Positions 9,028 to 18,477 of a stretch of 25,605 bases of DNA are shown here, piece after piece. A program made the translations under genes and the position numbers. The notes below the pieces were generated by a model that worked only from the letters and a program-made list of their open reading frames with translations, made no database searches and was not told the origin of the DNA. The stretch comes from Polyangiales bacterium (lineage in GTDB: Bacteria; Myxococcota_A; Polyangia; Polyangiales; Polyangiaceae): contig JBBRNJ010000107.1 in assembly GCA_038230375.1 (NCBI GenBank), positions 1 to 25,605 on the forward strand, given 5' to 3'. The number at the start of each line of letters is the position of its first letter. Position 1 is the first letter of the stretch.

Positions 9028-10460
9028 TGACAGATCTCCGCGCCGTACGCAGCGCCGTCCTGGTTGATGCGCACGTCGTCGAACCCTTCTACGATCGGAT
9101 TGACCCGCGGGTCGAGCTTCATCGTTTCTCGCCAAGGAATCGCCATGTTGAGCTCCATCCCCTCATACAAGAGCCCGATCGACCCAATGGCCCCGACGAT
9201 CGCGGCCTTGGGATAGCCCTTCCGGCGCAGCTCGCAACCAGAATACGCGTTGTTGTACCAGTGGTACCACTTCCAATTCGAGGTCTCGTAGTGATCGGGG
9301 AAGAAGAAATGGTAGACAAGCGAGTGATCGTTCGGGCCGTTCTTCGCGGCGCGCTCGTCCAGCTCGTTCACCATGAAGTAGCTGAGCGACGCCTCGTAGA
9401 AGGCGCGCGCGATCGCAGGCGTCAGTAACCCGCGGTGCGCCAGCGCCGGCACGAGATCGCGGAAGACGATGAGGTGCACGGACGCGAGCAGCCCGAGCAC
9501 GCGCACGGCCTGGCGCGCATCGTTGCCGGTGATCTTCATCAGGCGGTGCCAGCCACCATGCGGCTCGGAGAGGAGCTCGGGATGCAGGCGCAGATGGTTC
9601 TCGTAGGCGAAGAACGCGGACAGAACGCGCAGGTCGTCGGGGCTGTCCATCATGTTCAACGTCGCGCGGCCGAACGGTGCAAGGTAGTCCTGGCGCAGAT
9701 CCAGGAGCTGGATGAAGTCGTCCAGCACGGGCTGCTCTTGCGGAGAGAACGCGGAGAGGAAGCCGGCGAAGCGACGCAGCACGTCCGCGCGCGAGAGCCC
9801 CTTCGCGTCCAGGAAATCAGGCGCGTGCTCGACGTACACGCCGGCGCGGACCGCGTCGCTTCGTCCGAGCTCGCGCAGGAGCACCGTGGCGATGTAGAGC
9901 TCGTTCAATGAATCGCGGAACGCGAGCACGTCCGCGACGCTGTGGCCGGTCGTGTCTGCGAGACGGTTGAAGTAGAGGAAGTCGAGCGCCCACGCCGCAC
10001 GAAACGCGCCGTTTTCCCCCTGATCGCCGTTCTCGTGCACGAAGTCTTGCTGGCACTCCAGGGCGAGGCGCGCGAACGTCTCGACGGAGCGATCGCGTGG
10101 GATCTCCGTGAGCGTGAGCCACGTGGGCCGCGGCAGGCTCGCAGCGTCGTAGAAGGTGAAGGCGCCGCAAAAGTTACCCATGTTGTTGATGCGCGCGTTC
10201 GTGGGGACCGTGGCCGCGATCTGGGCAAGGTAGCCGTGGAGCTGGGCTACACGCATTTCCAGGGCGGAGGTGCGGTTCATGGGGAGGAAGTTTTCTACGA
10301 CTGCGTCGGCATTGCGGGAGCGAGGGCGCGGGTGCGAGTCGGGGGCGGCGTTGGCGGGCGGCGAGGTGGCGCGGGCGGGGGATTGCGTGGCAAGGAGGGC
10401 CAAGGCGATGGTCGAGAAGAGGGCCGCTCCGCGGAGCGTCGCTGTTCGGTCAGTAGCCAT
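9024..10460 (-). CDS. Hypothetical secreted, mostly helical protein (478 aa)
   Basis: ATG 10460 overlaps the upstream gene end by 11 nt; Sec signal ...IALALLATQSPARA; strong GC3 coding bias. The ORF-track extension to 10712 overlaps the upstream gene and reads as non-coding. Confidence 0.8.
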   Translation of the reverse strand: MATDRTATLRGAALFSTIALALLATQSPARATSPPANAAPDSHPRPRSRNADAVVENFLPMNRTSALEMRVAQLHGYLAQIAATVPTNARINNMGNFCGAFTFYDAASLPRPTWLTLTEIPRDRSVETFARLALECQQDFVHENGDQGENGAFRAAWALDFLYFNRLADTTGHSVADVLAFRDSLNELYIATVLLRELGRSDAVRAGVYVEHAPDFLDAKGLSRADVLRRFAGFLSAFSPQEQPVLDDFIQLLDLRQDYLAPFGRATLNMMDSPDDLRVLSAFFAYENHLRLHPELLSEPHGGWHRLMKITGNDARQAVRVLGLLASVHLIVFRDLVPALAHRGLLTPAIARAFYEASLSYFMVNELDERAAKNGPNDHSLVYHFFFPDHYETSNWKWYHWYNNAYSGCELRRKGYPKAAIVGAIGSIGLLYEGMELNMAIPWRETMKLDPRVNPIVEGFDDVRINQDGAAYGAEICH

Positions 10461-11367
10461 ACTCGAGGCCGATCTTTGCGGTGGCGATGTCCTTGGCGGT
10501 GGAGAGGGTGTCGACCGGGCGGGTTTCGCCCTCGATGGCCAGGAGCATGACCCGGAGGCGACGGCCTTCGTTCGTCTCTCTCCTATACGTGACACCCCCC
10601 GTCGTCGGATCGGTTCTGGGAACAAGTCGTATGGGGGAGCCCCGCGAGACGTCGACATACAAGGAGAGCCGGCCGGTGAACGCCGCGACGTGGCCGTACT
10701 TTGCCCGGTCATCGATCGAGCCCGCCGCTGCCGTATAGGTGCCCTCGAAGAGGCCGCGCACGGCCCAGCGGCTGGAGAGCGCTGCCTGTGCGTTCAGCGA
10801 CAGGAGCACGGTGCTCGCGGCGACGTGCCCGTCCGCGCTCGCCTCCGCATCGGTGCTGAGCCAGCGGTACCCGATGTTCGCGCCACCTTGCATCACGAGC
10901 CAACTCCGACCCCCGATCTCGCCAAGGAGAGGCAGCGGGACGTACAGGCCCAGCACCTCCGCCGCCAACATCGACCCCATCCGCCGATCGTGCTCCACGC
11001 CGAGCACGTGAACATGCGGCCACCGAATCAGCTGCACGCGAGCCTGTTCGACGGTGAGATGCCCGATCGGATTCAAATCTTCTCGCGCGGTTATTTCCAG
11101 GCGAGTCGCGTCAATGGGCCCATTCCATAGCCCCACGCCGCCCGGAAACGGCAGCACCGCCACGTCCGCCTGGGCGTGGGCCAGCGCCTTCTGGTCGGTA
11201 CGCGCTCCCCCCTCCACCGAGATGCCCTCGTGCAGCGTGTCGTCCGCAAGAGCGAGCCCCGGGGAATGCACCGCCAGCGTCAACGCGGCCGAGAGGACCA
11301 GCGTGGGCGCTGTGCGCGAACCCATGGCGGCCGCTGCACGCGCGGAAGATCGCGTGATGTTCCCCAT
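10450..11367 (-). CDS. Hypothetical exported protein, probable outer-membrane beta-barrel
   Basis: Signal peptide ...LVLSAALTLAVHSPGLALA (start 11367 or 11325); amphipathic strands (GGANIGYRWL, WAVRGLFEGTYT, FTGRLSLYVDV); C-terminal beta-signal-like AKIGLEYGY. Confidence 0.65.
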   Translation of the reverse strand: MGNITRSSARAAAAMGSRTAPTLVLSAALTLAVHSPGLALADDTLHEGISVEGGARTDQKALAHAQADVAVLPFPGGVGLWNGPIDATRLEITAREDLNPIGHLTVEQARVQLIRWPHVHVLGVEHDRRMGSMLAAEVLGLYVPLPLLGEIGGRSWLVMQGGANIGYRWLSTDAEASADGHVAASTVLLSLNAQAALSSRWAVRGLFEGTYTAAAGSIDDRAKYGHVAAFTGRLSLYVDVSRGSPIRLVPRTDPTTGGVTYRRETNEGRRLRVMLLAIEGETRPVDTLSTAKDIATAKIGLEYGY

Positions 11368-11807
11368 CGTCGGGCGCGGACTATACACGAGGCGAACATG
11401 GACTGGAGTGCTGGTCGGCTCGCACGCGTCACCGCTCGCGCTCGCTGGCGCGGGTTCGGGTTCGGGTCTTCGAAGCGCCAGTACAGATCGGGCCCGTCCG
11501 CTTTGACGACGGTGGCGTAGTCCAGGTGTGTTGCCGCGTCGCTGGCGTCGGCGGTGCTCACCGCGTCCGTCCCCGCGTCACTCGGTGTGGGCGTCGAGCC
11601 GTCCGTGACAACGACGACTCCGCTGTCTGCGCTGGCCTGGTCGGCGCCGCCATCCGACGACGGCGCGGCCCCGCCTGTGAGCCCGTCGAACGTGGCGACC
11701 ACCGAGCAACCAGCCACTAGCGACAGCACGAGCGCCACCTTCGCCGCGCGGACGCTCGACCTGTGATGAGAGGGGTGCACGCGAGCACTCAGGTTACCAC
11801 GCCTCAT
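11280..11807 (-). pseudogene. Truncated lipoprotein retaining only the first motif of a LamG/ConA-like domain
   Basis: Lipobox VAG-C, DAG linker, then YATVVKADGPDLYWRFED (11519-11466), after which the frame becomes Arg-rich junk overlapping the next gene. Start uncertain. Confidence 0.6.
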
Positions 11808-11830
11808 GCAGCTCGGATAAGATGGGCGCC

Positions 11831-14089
11831 ATGGCCACGTTCGAGGATGAGGTCGCCGCGATGCGGCGCTGGTTCGAGAGCCCGCGTTTCAAGGGACAAA
11901 AGCGGCTCTTTTCGCCGCGCGAGATCGTGGAGCAGCGCGGCTCGATCCGCACGGACTACACCGTGGCACGCGAGGCCGCCGAGGGTTTCCACGCGCGTCT
12001 GCGCGACCTCTTCAACCAGAAGAAGTGCGTCACCACGTTCGGCCCGTACTCGCCGGGGCAAGCCGTTGCGATGAAGCGCTCTGGGATCGAGGCGATCTAC
12101 CTGGGCGGCTGGGCCACGTCCGCGAAGGGCTCCGCACAAGAGGATCCCGGGCCCGACCTCGCGAGCTATCCGCTCTCGCAGGTCCCGAACGAGGCCGCGC
12201 CGATCGTCCGCGCGCTGCTCACCGCCGACAGGAACCAGTTCTTCGCGCGCGCCCGCATGACGGAGGCGCAGCGGTCATCCTCGCCTGCTGTGGACTTCCG
12301 CCCGTTCATCATCGCGGACGCGGATACCGGTCATGGTGGCGACGCCCACGTGCGCAACCTGGTGCGACGCTTCGTTGAGGTCGGCGTGCCCGGCTACCAC
12401 ATCGAGGATCAGAAGCCCGGCGTGAAGAAGTGCGGCCATCAGGGCGGCAAGGTGCTGGTCTCCGAGGACGAGCAGATCAAGCGCCTCTCGGCCGCGCGCT
12501 TCCAGCTCGACATCATGCAGGTGCCCGGGCTCATCGTTGCGCGCACGGACGCAGAGTCGGCCACGCTGCTGGACGGCCGCAGCGACGAGCGCGATCAGCC
12601 CTTCATCCTTGGCGCGACGAACGTCAACCACGTACCGAGCTTCAAGGTCGCGTTCCTGGGCATCCTTCGCCGCTTCCAGAAGGCGGGCATAGAAGAGCTC
12701 TCCGGCCACCAGCTCTACGCCACGAGCGAGGAGGAGTACGCCGCCGCCGACGCATGGCTCGACGAGGTGGGCCTGGGGAAGCTGCTCACCGAGGCGATCG
12801 CCGACTACGAGAAGAGCGGCAAGGTCGCCGTGGATGCAGCGCTGGACAAGGTCTTCGATCGCTACGTGGACGTGTGGCAGGCAGAGGCGGGCGTGAAGAC
12901 CTACGGCGAGGCCGTCGCGGAGGTCATGCGGTTCCTCTCGAGCGAGGGCGTGCAGTTCCCGATGACGGAGCCCGAGTGGCTCGCGTTCGCAGCGCGCGCG
13001 TCCTTCTGGGTGATCCTGGAGAAGGCAAAGGAGATGGGCGTGCACGTGGTCTGGGACTGCGAGCACGCAAAGACGCCCGACGGCTACTACCAGGTGCGCG
13101 GCGGCATCGATTACGCGATCGCGAAGTCGCTCGCGGTGGCGCCGTACGCAGACATCCTGTGGATGGAGACGAAGACGGCGGACCTGCACGACGCCAAGGT
13201 CTTCGCCGACGCGATCCACGCGAAATTTCCCGACGCGATGCTCGCGTACAATCTGTCGCCGTCGTTCAACTGGGACACCACGGGGCTATCGGACGAGCAG
13301 ATGCGGAAGTTCCCGGAGGAGCTCGGCAAGCTGGGCTTCGTCTTCAACTTCATCACCTACGGCGGCCACCAGATCGACGGCCTCGCGGGTGAGGAGTTCT
13401 CGCAGGCACTTCGCGAGGACGGCATGCTCGCCCTTGCGCGGCTGCAGCGAAAGTTCCGCCTGCTGGAGTCGCCGTACCGTACGCCGCAGACGCTTGTGGG
13501 CGGACCGCGCGCGGACGCGGGCCTCATGGCGCTCGCCGGTCGCACCGCAACGACGAAGGCGATGGGCAAGGGCTCCACGCAGTTCCAGCACGTGGTCCAG
13601 ACGGAGGTGCCGCCGAAGCTGCTGGAGGAGTGGCTCGACATCTGGCGCGCGAAGCACGGCGTCACGAACAAGCTGCGCGTCGCGCTGCGTCCGCACAGCT
13701 CCGGGTCCGAGCTCCTGGAGCTCTCCGTGTTGAACGAGGAGGGCGAGAAGGCAGCGAACGTGATCTTCGACAAGATCCAGGACCGCCGCGGCAGGCACAT
13801 CCTCTCCATCCGCGACCAGAACACGTTCGACCTCTCGCTGCGCAAGAAGCGGCTGATGACACTGAACCAGCTCTTCCTGATCCACCGCTACAAGATCGAC
13901 TCGGTGCACTACCTGACCCCCACTGGCGACAACCAGCGCCAGACCGAGGGCATGCAGAAGCGCGGAATCTTCAGCGCAGTCAACGACGAGGTCGGCGACA
14001 TCATCGTTGCGGACGTCAACGCAGAGCGCCTCAAGCAACTGGTGGACGTGGACAAGACCGCGCTCACCGCGCTCATCACGCAGGCCTGA
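11831..14089 (+). CDS. aceA: Isocitrate lyase, long form (mycobacterial ICL2-like)
   Basis: [21 protein letters not shown], catalytic [27 protein letters not shown]; about 750 aa with an extra C-terminal domain. Start 11831 (alternative 11822). Confidence 0.95.
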   Translation: MATFEDEVAAMRRWFESPRFKGQKRLFSPREIVEQRGSIRTDYTVAREAAEGFHARLRDLFNQKKCVTTFGPYSPGQAVAMKRSGIEAIYLGGWATSAKGSAQEDPGPDLASYPLSQVPNEAAPIVRALLTADRNQFFARARMTEAQRSSSPAVDFRPFIIADADTGHGGDAHVRNLVRRFVEVGVPGYHIEDQKPGVKKCGHQGGKVLVSEDEQIKRLSAARFQLDIMQVPGLIVARTDAESATLLDGRSDERDQPFILGATNVNHVPSFKVAFLGILRRFQKAGIEELSGHQLYATSEEEYAAADAWLDEVGLGKLLTEAIADYEKSGKVAVDAALDKVFDRYVDVWQAEAGVKTYGEAVAEVMRFLSSEGVQFPMTEPEWLAFAARASFWVILEKAKEMGVHVVWDCEHAKTPDGYYQVRGGIDYAIAKSLAVAPYADILWMETKTADLHDAKVFADAIHAKFPDAMLAYNLSPSFNWDTTGLSDEQMRKFPEELGKLGFVFNFITYGGHQIDGLAGEEFSQALREDGMLALARLQRKFRLLESPYRTPQTLVGGPRADAGLMALAGRTATTKAMGKGSTQFQHVVQTEVPPKLLEEWLDIWRAKHGVTNKLRVALRPHSSGSELLELSVLNEEGEKAANVIFDKIQDRRGRHILSIRDQNTFDLSLRKKRLMTLNQLFLIHRYKIDSVHYLTPTGDNQRQTEGMQKRGIFSAVNDEVGDIIVADVNAERLKQLVDVDKTALTALITQA

Positions 14090-14091
14090 AC

Positions 14092-14760
14092 ATGAACAGG
14101 CTCGGAGCGTCGCTTGGCGCGCTCTTCGTGGTTGTCATGTCCTGTACGCCACCGGCGTCGGAGAGCGCGCTGGTGACCGCTCCGACCACGCCGCCGACGA
14201 CCGCTGCGATGAGCTCGGACGCTGGCGTGACCCCCTCCATCGCGGCCGGCGGCGAGCAGGCGCCGCTGCCCGAATACCTGCGCCGGATGGAGAAGCTCGA
14301 CGAGCACTACGATCGGCCCGCGGACCGCAGCAAGCTCGTGAAGGGCCCGCAAGAGGACGTGGAGGTGCTCCGCACGTATGCGCGGGCAGCGGAGAAGGGA
14401 CCGCTCACGGGACCGGCGGGCGAGCGGCTCACTATTCTCACGAAGAAGAAGACGTACGCCGTGGGCGAGGAGATCCGCGTGCTGCACGTGCACGAGGTCA
14501 CGCGCGCCGGCAAGGAGGTCTTCGTGATGGGACCAAAGGGGATCTTCGGCGAGTACGTCGACGCGCGCATGGTGAGCACCCTCGCCGCGGCGCCAGCGGA
14601 CTCCTACGACGGCGCGGTGCTCCAGAGTCCGGAGGTGGACCACAACTACGAGAGCAGCGGCTACAAGCTGCCGGCGGGACGGCACGTCCTCCAGTGGAAG
14701 TTCAAGACGCTGTCGGGGACGTACCTGGAGTCGAACGTGGTGACGATCGACGTGCGGTAA
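14092..14760 (+). CDS. Hypothetical lipoprotein with probable C-terminal Ig-like domain
   Basis: ATG 2 nt after the aceA stop; lipobox VVMS-C; TYAVGEEIRV...LPAGRHVLQW...ESNVVTIDV pattern. The ORF-track 13630 extension overlaps aceA. Confidence 0.75.
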   Translation: MNRLGASLGALFVVVMSCTPPASESALVTAPTTPPTTAAMSSDAGVTPSIAAGGEQAPLPEYLRRMEKLDEHYDRPADRSKLVKGPQEDVEVLRTYARAAEKGPLTGPAGERLTILTKKKTYAVGEEIRVLHVHEVTRAGKEVFVMGPKGIFGEYVDARMVSTLAAAPADSYDGAVLQSPEVDHNYESSGYKLPAGRHVLQWKFKTLSGTYLESNVVTIDVR

Positions 14761-14763
14761 CGA

Positions 14764-14829
14764 CTCGACCTCGACCTCGACCTCGACCTCGACCTCGACC
14801 TCGACCTCGACCTCGACCTCGACCTCGAC
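14764..14829. repeat. Intergenic hexanucleotide microsatellite (CTCGAC)11
   Basis: Eleven perfect consecutive units counted directly. Confidence 0.97.
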
Positions 14830-14873
14830 CGAGAGTTGATGCGACCGCTGCGTGTCGTCGGTAGAGTCTCGCC

Positions 14874-15788
14874 ATGCGTGGCGACGTCGTCTTCCGTATC
14901 TATGGCGTGCATGAAGGGCGCGCGAAGGACTCGTTCTTCGGCGCGTTCCGTACGCAAGCGGAGGCCGATGCCGAGATCGCGACGCTCTCCGCGCGCGAGA
15001 TGCACGGCGAGAACTGGGCCGCGAAGTATCACGACAGGGGCTTCGTGGTGCGGGAGCATGTCGTCGATACGGACTTCGAGATCCCAGGGCTCCCCAGGCC
15101 ACGCGACAAGTTCTTCGTCGAGGTGACGAAGAAGCCGAACGCGGCTCGCGAGTGGCCGTCCGCTGTCGTGGACGTCTTCGAGCGGAGACCGGATGGCGAG
15201 CCATCGCGCGTGTGCGGGTACGAACGCAACCATGCCCTGTACCAGACGTTCGAGCCGTTCCGTCAGGGCGAGCGACAGCTTGCGCTGGTCTCGCGCGACT
15301 ACACGAAGACCGCCGTGCTCGATCTGGCGACGGGAGAGATCATCGCCGAGGAGATGGAGGAATCGCCCGGTTCGGGCTTCTGCCCCGTGGGCTTCTACGT
15401 GCCCGACTGGTGGGACGTGAACGACTCATCGATCATCCCCGGGAGCGAGTACTGGAGCGCCGATCACGAGTGGCCGGCAAGCGACTGGGGCTTCGTGTGG
15501 GGCTGCGAGTGGGGCGACGACTCGTCGTGGAAGCTCCAGCATCTGGATCTTCGTCGCGTACAGGAGGGCGTGATCACGCGCGACGATCGCTTCGGCTACG
15601 TCGAGCTCGCGACCGGCGACTACGTGACGCCATGCCTGCAGCGCGATCCGCCCGGGGCGCAGGGCTCACGCGCGCCAAGGTTTCTTCAGGTCGTGAAATC
15701 GCGCGGCGTCGAGCGCGTGGAGATCGAGACGTACGCCACGTTCGATCTCGCGACGGGCGCCCCTCGCGGTAAGCTCTCCGGCGCGTGA
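14874..15788 (+). CDS. Hypothetical cytoplasmic protein (Trp/acidic-rich), coupled to polB
   Basis: Good coding bias; distinctive GFCPVGFYVP and GFVWGCEWGDDSSWK motifs; stop overlaps the polB start (GTGA). Confidence 0.8.
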   Translation: MRGDVVFRIYGVHEGRAKDSFFGAFRTQAEADAEIATLSAREMHGENWAAKYHDRGFVVREHVVDTDFEIPGLPRPRDKFFVEVTKKPNAAREWPSAVVDVFERRPDGEPSRVCGYERNHALYQTFEPFRQGERQLALVSRDYTKTAVLDLATGEIIAEEMEESPGSGFCPVGFYVPDWWDVNDSSIIPGSEYWSADHEWPASDWGFVWGCEWGDDSSWKLQHLDLRRVQEGVITRDDRFGYVELATGDYVTPCLQRDPPGAQGSRAPRFLQVVKSRGVERVEIETYATFDLATGAPRGKLSGA

Positions 15789-18115
15789 GACCGACGCACG
15801 AAGAGATCACCGCCACGGCGTTCTTGCTCTCTCGCGAGTGGTACGACGCCGATCGTGGCGTGGACATCATCCTGTGGGGACGCTCCGCCTTGGCGCCGGT
15901 GCGTGCGCGGTTCACAAATCAGGAGTCCGTGATGTTCGTTCCGCGCGGCGCAGAGGCACGCGCGACCCGGCGCGCAGAGCGGCCGCTCAGGACCATGCGG
16001 GGCGACCCCGTCGACGCGATCTACTTCGACTCACAGCGCGCGATGGTGCGTGAGCGCGACCGGATTCGAGCGGAGCTGGGCGTGACGCTGGAGTCGGACG
16101 TGAAGCCGCACGAGCGGTTCTTGATGGAGCGCTTCATCACGGGCGCGTTCGAGCTCCGCGGAAAGCCGAGCGAGCGCGACGGCGTGCTGTTCTTCGAGAA
16201 CCCTGCGATCGTGACCGCGACCGCGACCGCGGACGCGCAGCCGTCGCTCACGTTGCTGGCGATCGATCTGGAGACCGACGGCTTCGATGGCCCGCTTCTA
16301 TCGGCCGCGCTCGCCACGCGTGACGTGGGGCGGGTCTTCGTGATTGGAAGCGGCAAGGACCGCGGAGTCATCACGTTCGTTGCGGACGAACGTGCGCTGT
16401 TGACCGCTTTTTTCCAGGCGATCCGCGAGATCGACCCGGACGTGCTGTGCGGCTGGAACGTCGTCGACTTCGACCTCCTCGTGCTCGAGGCGCGGTGTCG
16501 TGAGCACCGCGTCCCGTTCGCGATCGGTCGCGCACGGGAGAACGCACGTGTGCTCGCCGGCACGACCACGCAGCAGGTCTCGATCGCCCGCGTGCCGGGC
16601 CGCGCCGTACTGGATGGCATCGCCACGCTCAAATCTGCCACGCATCGCTTCGAGCGCTTCACGCTGGACCACGTGGCGCACGAGCTCCTTGGTCGGGGGA
16701 AGAAGATCGCATCCGGCGTCGATCCCGTCGCGGAGATCCGGCGGATGCACGCAGAGGACGTGGATGCGCTTGCCGCGTACAACCTGGAGGACTGCAAGCT
16801 CACGCTCGACATCTTCGAGAAGGCCGACCTGCTCGGCTTCGCGATGGAGCGCGCGCGTCTGACCGGGCTCGCGCTGGACCGCCAGGGCGGCTCCGTCGCC
16901 GCGTTCGATCATCTGTACCTTCCTCGCCTGCACCGTCGGGGGTTCGTCGCGCCCGACGTGGGCACCGACGTGGACATGATCGCGAGCCCGGGCGGCTACG
17001 TCCTCGACTCCGTGCCGGGCCTCTATCGCGACGTCCTGTCCTTCGATTTTCGAAGCCTGTATCCGAGCATCATCCGGACGTTCCAGATCGACCCGCTGGG
17101 TCTCTTCCAGCCGGGCGCGGCGCCGATCCCCGGCGAGGACGGGGCGACGTTCGCGCGGGAAGGCGCGATCCTGCCGGCCCTCATCTCGACGCTGCACGAA
17201 GCTCGCTCACGCGCGATCTCCGCGAAGAACGAGCCGCTCTCCCGGGCGATCAAGATCGTCATGAACTCCTTCTACGGAGTGCTCGGGACGCCTGGTTGTC
17301 GCTTCTTCGATTCACGCCTGCCCACATCGATCACGCGTCGCGGTCATCTCGTGATCGAGCGCGCGCAGGCGTTCTTCACGGAGCGCGGGTTCCCCGTGAT
17401 CTACGGCGACACGGACTCGCTGTTCGTGCATTTTGCAAATGCAGACGCGCGGACAGAGGGTGGCTCTCTGGCGGACCAGGGCAAGGCGCTCGCCGCGGAG
17501 CTCACGCAGACGCTCTTCCGGGAGCTTCGTGAGGAGCTCGCCGTCGAGAGCGTCCTGGAGCTGCGATTCGAATCGCACTACTTGCGGTACCTCATGCCAA
17601 CGACGCGCGGCACGGAGCGCGGGTCCAAGAAGCGATATGCGGGCCTCGTGCAGAAGGACGGAGCGCTCGAGGTCGTGGTGCGCGGGCTGGAGGCGGTGCG
17701 CACGGACTGGACGCCGCTTGCGCGCCGCGTGCAGCGAGAGCTCCTGCGACGCGTCTTCACGGACGAGCCGTACGAGGCCTGGCTCGAAGAGATCGCGCGC
17801 GACGTCGTCAGCGGGCGACTCGACGCGGAGCTCGTCTATCGAAAGCGGCTGCGTCAGAAGCTGGATCTGTACTCGAGCGCCTCTGCTCCGCCGCACGTGC
17901 GCGCGGCACGGATGCGCGTGGAAGAGGGACAGGACGAGCGCGAGGTCGAATACGTGATGACGACGCGCGGACCGGAGCCCACGAGCGAGCGCAAATCACC
18001 GATCGATCACGCGCACTACATCGAACGGCAACTCGCACCGGTATGCGACGTCGTGCTGCATCTCCTGGGCACCAGCTTCGATCGCCTCGCCGGCTCGCAA
18101 CGCAGCCTTTTCTAG
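15785..18115 (+). CDS. polB: DNA polymerase II (family B)
   Basis: ExoI DLETD, ExoII GWNVVDFD, ExoIII YNLED; polymerase motifs DFRSLYPSII, KIVMNSFYG, YGDTDS, KKRYAG; C-terminal beta-clamp-type motif QRSLF. Confidence 0.96.
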   Translation: MRPTHEEITATAFLLSREWYDADRGVDIILWGRSALAPVRARFTNQESVMFVPRGAEARATRRAERPLRTMRGDPVDAIYFDSQRAMVRERDRIRAELGVTLESDVKPHERFLMERFITGAFELRGKPSERDGVLFFENPAIVTATATADAQPSLTLLAIDLETDGFDGPLLSAALATRDVGRVFVIGSGKDRGVITFVADERALLTAFFQAIREIDPDVLCGWNVVDFDLLVLEARCREHRVPFAIGRARENARVLAGTTTQQVSIARVPGRAVLDGIATLKSATHRFERFTLDHVAHELLGRGKKIASGVDPVAEIRRMHAEDVDALAAYNLEDCKLTLDIFEKADLLGFAMERARLTGLALDRQGGSVAAFDHLYLPRLHRRGFVAPDVGTDVDMIASPGGYVLDSVPGLYRDVLSFDFRSLYPSIIRTFQIDPLGLFQPGAAPIPGEDGATFAREGAILPALISTLHEARSRAISAKNEPLSRAIKIVMNSFYGVLGTPGCRFFDSRLPTSITRRGHLVIERAQAFFTERGFPVIYGDTDSLFVHFANADARTEGGSLADQGKALAAELTQTLFRELREELAVESVLELRFESHYLRYLMPTTRGTERGSKKRYAGLVQKDGALEVVVRGLEAVRTDWTPLARRVQRELLRRVFTDEPYEAWLEEIARDVVSGRLDAELVYRKRLRQKLDLYSSASAPPHVRAARMRVEEGQDEREVEYVMTTRGPEPTSERKSPIDHAHYIERQLAPVCDVVLHLLGTSFDRLAGSQRSLF

Positions 18116-18148
18116 CGTGGAGATGCGACGTCCGGCGGATGCTGTACC

Positions 18149-18418
18149 GTGTGCAGATGCAACCGAACGGCGCAGATGGGCGCGTGCGCCGTCGATGCTG
18201 ACTGCTTGCTCACGTTTCGCGAGGCGCGCTGTTGCTGGCCCTGCCCGCGTGCGCGCGCGATATCCGTCGAGCTGCGCGCGACCGTGGTGAAGAAGTGCGC
18301 GTCCCAGGTGTGCGGCGAATCGCCGATGTGCCGTGCGCCACCCCACCCCCTCTCGGCGTATCGCGCCGTATGCGCGGATGGCGCGTGCGAGCTGCTGTCG
18401 CCCCAGAGCCCGTTCTGA
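18149..18418 (+). pseudogene. Small Cys-rich domain lacking a signal peptide (probable gene remnant)
   Basis: CAVDADC...CCWPCP...C....C....C...AVCADGAC pattern typical of secreted disulfide modules; no export signal and an uncertain start. Confidence 0.4.
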
Positions 18419-18477
18419 TCGCGGAGGCGCGAGACGTTCTGCTTGTGCTGCGCTCCACGCCGAGCGAGCATGCCGCC

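Noticed and set aside
14764..14829. Possible CRISPR array
   Set aside because: Contiguous 6-bp units with no spacers; no cas genes in the window.
13909..15233. ORFs encoding (VE)n, (PR)n or (SR)n dipeptide runs
   Set aside because: These are translations of the intergenic (CTCGAC)11 tract in shadow frames that overlap real genes.
15785..18115. Family B polymerase as a marker of a casposon, pipolin or prophage
   Set aside because: It matches cellular PolII including the clamp motif; no integrase, Cas1, terminal repeats or phage genes nearby.
18113..18418. Amber read-through fusing PolII to the in-frame Cys-rich ORF
   Set aside because: The frame is open after TAG, but PolII ends in the canonical terminal clamp-binding motif QRSLF, and the Cys module looks extracellular; probably chance phase.
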